This document shows, one piece after another, positions 58,900-64,000 of a DNA stretch of 64,000 nt. Source of the DNA: Chrysomallon squamiferum (Eukaryota > Animalia > Mollusca). The notes under the pieces are model-generated. The model did not search any database. It was not told the origin of the DNA and was given only the letters and a program-made list of their open reading frames with translations. The stretch spans positions 25,978,001 to 26,042,000 of the forward strand of contig CM022677.1 of NCBI GenBank assembly GCA_012295275.1, read 5' to 3'. The position numbers were made by a program, and so were the translations under genes. Position 1 is the stretch's first letter; every line of letters starts with the position of its first letter.

Positions 58900-60200
58900 C
58901 GAATTTTCAACACGCTTGAACCACTAAAACCAGCTACTGGACACGAACGAAAGGTAAGTAGACATTAACTTTGGTTTTTTATCTTATTGTCTTTAAAATT
59001 TTATCAAAAGTTATGGTTGCATTCAATTGTTATGATTGCCTCGTGAAATATGGTATTTTGGTCATTTCGTGTTCGATCGCCATCGTGACACTTTTACAGA
59101 ATTTTCAACATGCTACAATAACTAAAACCGGTTACGTGACACGAATGAAAAGTAGCTGGACATAATAATTAGTTTTTTATCTTATTGTCTTTAAAATTTT
59201 ATCAAAATGCTTGGACGCATTCAACTGTTATGATCGCCTCGTCAAAAATGGTCTGTTGGTCATTTTGGTGTTCGGTCGCCATCTTGAAACTTTTACGAAT
59301 TTTCAACATGCTACAATAACCGGTTCATGGACACGAAACGAAAAGTAGCTGGACATAATAATTAGTTTTTATCTTACTGTCTTTAAAATTTTATCAAAAG
59401 TTATGGTTGCATTCAATTGTTATGATCGCCTCGTGAAATATGGTCTGTGTAATTTCGGTTTTCGATCGCCATCTTGAAACTTTTACGGAATTTTCAACAT
59501 GCTACAATAACTAAAACCGGTTATGTGACACGAATGAAAAGTAGCTGGACATAATAATTAGTTTTTATATTATTGTCTTTAAAATTTTATCAAAATGCTT
59601 GGACGATTCAACTGTTATGATCGCCTCGTCAAAAATGGTCTGTTGGTCATTTTGGTGTTCGGTCGCCATCTTGAAACTTTTACGGAATTTTCAACATGCT
59701 ACAATAACCGGTTACTGGACACGAACGAAAAGTAGCTGGACATAATAATTAGTTTTTTATCTTACTGTCTTTAAAATTTTATCAAAAGTTATGGGTGCAT
59801 TCAATTGTTATGATCGCCTCGTGAAATATGGTCTGTGTAATTTCGAAACTTTTACGGAATTTTCAACATGCTACAATAACTAAAACCGGTTATGTGACAC
59901 GAATGAAAAGAAGCTGGACATAATAATTAGTTTTATTATCTTTGAAATTTTATGAAGCAGCTTCGAGGCTCTTAATTGTAATTTTTACCTCGTGAAATAT
60001 GGTTTGTTGGCTGGTTATATCGCCAGTTTGAGTTTCTGTTTTTTTCTTCAAAATTACGAATGTTCAACATGCTACAGTCACTAAAACCGGTTACATGAGA
60101 CGAATGAAAAGTAGTTTTTTTATCTAATTGTCTTTGAAATTTTGTCAAGCAGCTGCAAGCATGCTAACTAGTAACTCTAATCTTTATCTCGTGGAGCATG
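58900..60200. repeat. ~195-bp tandem repeat inside the putative element
   Basis: attttcaacatgctacaataac recurs near 59101, 59299, 59490, 59687, 59859 and 60060; A/B variants alternate. Confidence 0.93.
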
Positions 60201-61302
60201 GTTATTTCGACGTTAGATTGCTGAAGTGAAAGTGTCATGGCAGACCAAACTTCCTGTATAAGGACTTACGTTTGAGAATGGATTATGCTGACTTAATACT
60301 TATTCTTCTTAAATTATCTTACATAAGAATGATGGACAAATATGTTCCTAACAACATATCGGTATTTTCATCCATAACTGTCTCAAATCTCAAGATGTTT
60401 TAGGATTTTAAAATCATAAAATTGACCAAACAATTATAATTTCTAAACACCAAATCAAATAAGCACTTGCTATTGTATTCTGTGTGGATTTAGTTTGTAT
60501 TGGTCATTCAAATTTTGCATTTCTTTTCATATAATGGTGTTTTTTTTTTTCAGTGTTTGGTTTGACCCACAGTTGATGTTTCATTTTGGTAATATTGTCT
60601 TTCATAATTTCAACTTTTTAAAACTTCAGTTGTCTTCTCAGCTCTTTTCTTGTTTTTTTTCAGTGAATAACCAAAAGATGCCTTTGATGCCTAATTAGAT
60701 GTAACCAACCGAGCTTAGGTAGACAGCATCTGCAAGAAAAGTATTCCACAGTTCCTGCAACAGATGAGTTTTTGAAAGGACGCATGCTTTATATTTACAC
60801 TAGCTGTGGTAACAGTCGAGCAACAACAGTTGGTCATTCAATAATGAAAGCTGTAATCTTGAGGATGTACCCCGAAAACAAGATGAGCCCCAACCTGGTC
60901 CGAAGTTGCAACCCACAATACGTTACTGCTTCCCCAGAACCACACAATCTGTTGGATAGCAGTTCACTCTGTGGAGAAGATTCAGAGGAACCTTCTATTC
61001 CAATATTGACAAAACCACCCATGAAAACCAGACAAACAAAAAAATGCCTTTCATGCAAGTTATTAAATAACTCCTTAACAAATATGAGACTAAAACAGCT
61101 ACAGCTTCAAAGGTCTACACACACTGCAATCCGAGATGTGAGAGCACAGCAAAAGAAAAATAATATTTAATTTCGAATTCTAGTAGATTTTATGTACAGT
61201 TAGAAAGGTCGATTTGTCGAATATTTCAAATATCATTTTTAATAAAAATATTGTGTATACATGTGTGCTTATGCTTTTAATTTTAAAATGTGCTAGAAAG
61301 AT

Positions 61303-62465
61303 CTGGCGCTGTTGAAAATGATTATATTTCTATAATCTATGTTGATTATATTTTTAATAGCTTGTAGGATGCATGTTTTATTGGATGTTGTGACTTTTAC
61401 TAAATATAATATGTATTCGTTCTGAAATAAACGAATTAATATTGTTTTGCCGATTACTAGCATTTGATCTTAACTATAATCCTCTGCAATACATAAACTC
61501 GTATAATCCTTGGAGTCGACTCCAGAAAGGTGTTGCCGGTCTTTATTAGGTGCAATACAATGTGTATGTAATCATGACAATTAAAGACACAGGTATTGTA
61601 ACTGTCATTTGAAGCAGACAAAATAATTTTCTTGGCTTTGTGTTCGTACTTCCTGTGCTTTGACAGCAAACAAAAGATACCTATCAATGTATCATGTGAC
61701 CATCGCTGATGTTTTCTCTGATGGAGCAAATCAGCACTTGATGCAAAAATAGCCTAAGTTTGATCAATTTATGGTTTTATGATTAAAAAAATAGTGATAA
61801 CATTCTATCACTACCTCTGATACATAAATTCATGTTGTTTATATTTTAATAACCTGTTGGCTGTATCATTGTATGTTTTTCTTCAATGTTCCTATTTTTA
61901 GCTTATTCATTGTAGCACGTAAGTGCGTTATGCGAGATCGCCGTGCATTGTTTCCTACCTAGTCAAGTCACCGAAGACTTTATGTGCAACTACAAATAAC
62001 TGGTGCTATTTTAAATGATTATATTTCTATAATCTGTGTTGATTATATTTTTAATAACTTTTATAATGCATGTTTTATTATATGTTATGACTTTTACTGA
62101 ATATAATTATAATATGAATACGTTCTGAAATAAACAAATTAATGTTTATCTATAATCCTCTGCAATACATAAACTCGTATAATAAATTGGAGTCTACTCC
62201 AGAAAGGTATTGCCGGTCTTAATTATGAGTAATACATTGTGTATGTAATCATGACACTAAAGACAGGTATGATAAGTGTCATTTGAAGCAGACAATAGAA
62301 TTTTCATGGCTTTGTGTTTGTACTTCCTGTGATTTGACAGCAAACAAAAGGTACCTATCAATGTATCATGTGACCATTGTTAATGTTTTCTCTGATGGAG
62401 CAAATCAAAAAGTTTTAAAACTGAACACTTTATGATTTATCAGTTTATGGTTTTACGATTAAAAA
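61303..62465. repeat. Diverged ~470-bp direct duplication (61303-61790 and 62000-62465)
   Basis: Shared blocks aaatgattatatttctataatct, taatcctctgcaatacataaactcgtataat and ctctgatggagcaaatca in the same order. Confidence 0.88.
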
Positions 62466-64000
62466 GAAAAAGTTGTACGTTTCGTATTTAATATTCTATG
62501 AATACCTCTGGTAGTTAGATTCACAGAATACATTCATTGTACTGTTTTGTAGTACAGTTTGTTATGTTTATGATTTTTAATTCGCCATTTATCGCAAGAA
62601 TTTTCTGATCGTATTCATATTATAATGTATATACTTTAGAAATCCGAACACTGGAGAAAACTATGCACCCCAAAAGTTACTAAAAATGTAAACATAGCTT
62701 CTATCATTTTAAATAGCAGAGGTTCTTTTATATGTTTGTTACTCTTTTTTTCTTTCTTTCTTAATTTTTTTTTTTTTTTTTTTTAAATTTTTTTTATCCA
62801 AGCAATATACATTTGTGGACATAACTTTTGTTATAAATTTACACGCCATTGGTATTAAAAGCGACGACATGTACGATGTTAGAAATATCGAACTTTGACC
62901 TTCCTGGGTGCTAAAAATAGCCTTGCTAAAAATAGTCGGTGTTGAGCAAAGGCGACACCGCCTTCAGATGAGCGCTTCGTAGAGCGACACCGCTTTAGCT
63001 TTAGGGATGTTCACAAAGTTCGCTTACCCCCACCACGTTTAACACTCTCATACAAACTACTGATTTAACACATAACAAAAACAACATCACCATTTAAAAG
63101 AGCGCATATTAATCTGTATTTGAGTGTAATTGTTTTTCATGTTAAATTTTACAGAAGGGATTTGGGAGGGGCGGGAAATGGACAAAATCGGCACTTTTAC
63201 CACTTACGTTTGTTAGGCTGCTGGTATCTTAATTAATAACTTCTTTTTAATTTTTACAAATATAATCGATAGCAGAGATTGGCATTGGTCTTCTCTGAAA
63301 ATTTCATCAAGAAAGCTTGATTATTAACAAAGATAGATGGGAAAATGTTAAAATATTACTATTTTTGGTCACAGACCTCTAATGACTTATATAGCGTTTA
63401 ATCGGACGAAAAAAATTGCTTTTCCGGGGGTTTAAAATTGCTGCTACTTCCTGAATTTTTTACATATTCACTTGATCTTGGTATCATTTTAAAGTGGTTT
63501 ACAAGCTCTACCCAACTGTCTTATTTATTTTCAGATTAGTGGGGTTTGAAAAATTTATCCACATACCTACAGTACTGTGGTTATCTGGAATTTAAGCTTG
63601 CTGTTAGATTTACTTCCTGACAAAAACCGATCAATGCTTAGAGAAAAATCATCTTTTTAATAGTTTTATTAACCGAAAAATGTAAGACAAGAAATGAAAA
63701 AAAAAAAAAATAAAAATTGCAAAGAGAAAAATCCTGTCTATATATGTAAAGATCTGCCGACATATTAATCACCTTTACCAAGAAAGGAAGTGAATTCGGT
63801 AAACACAAAGGGAGACAACCGCCATGCAGCTGCTATGCTTCGAATAAATGAAAGCTTTAGTTTTATTGCATTAAATGCATATTATATGAATTCATGTGCA
63901 CTACGAAATGAAAAAAATATGTGTCTGATTTCTGACAATAAATATAAAATAATTTTGAACTTACCGTTCAATATCTTTACTGCAGGCTTCTATGGCACAC

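Larger units (their letters stand above)
58637..63595. mobile_element. Putative non-autonomous DNA transposon (TTAA-flanked, imperfect inverted repeats; Kolobok- or piggyBac-like, unclassified)
   Basis: Left end TTAA...ACAGTACT-TAGGTATGTG (58653-58670) mirrors right end CACATACCTACAGTACTGT...TTAA (63560-63595). The interior lacks the host CA/GA microsatellites and has more CpG. No transposase recognised. Confidence 0.6.

Noticed and set aside
61457-61729. 90-aa minus-strand ORF in the element
   Set aside because: No recognisable motif, and the ORF track shows no matching ORF in the duplicate copy at 62000-62465.

Overview
AT-rich, microsatellite-dense animal genomic DNA (probably a mollusc or other lophotrochozoan; this is inference). 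The lower half holds the 5' ~60% of a talin gene on the minus strand. I traced 33 coding exons by hand from the ATG at 32971 down to 4814, about 1,490 codons covering FERM F0-F3, the linker and rod R1 to the start of R8; the gene continues past position 1. Almost every ORF-track entry is a microsatellite artefact. Five exons carry small lesions (1-nt indels, a scrambled middle, a displaced acceptor), most likely long-read consensus errors. Best leads: (1) a cluster of frame-preserving microexon candidates in the intron that splits R8; (2) about a third of the exons have their splice site plus exon edge tandemly duplicated into the intron; (3) a possible internal promoter for a headless talin; (4) a ~5 kb TTAA-flanked inverted-repeat element with an internal ~195-bp satellite. 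33093-58600 looks like 5'UTR intron or upstream DNA, and no transcription start could be placed.
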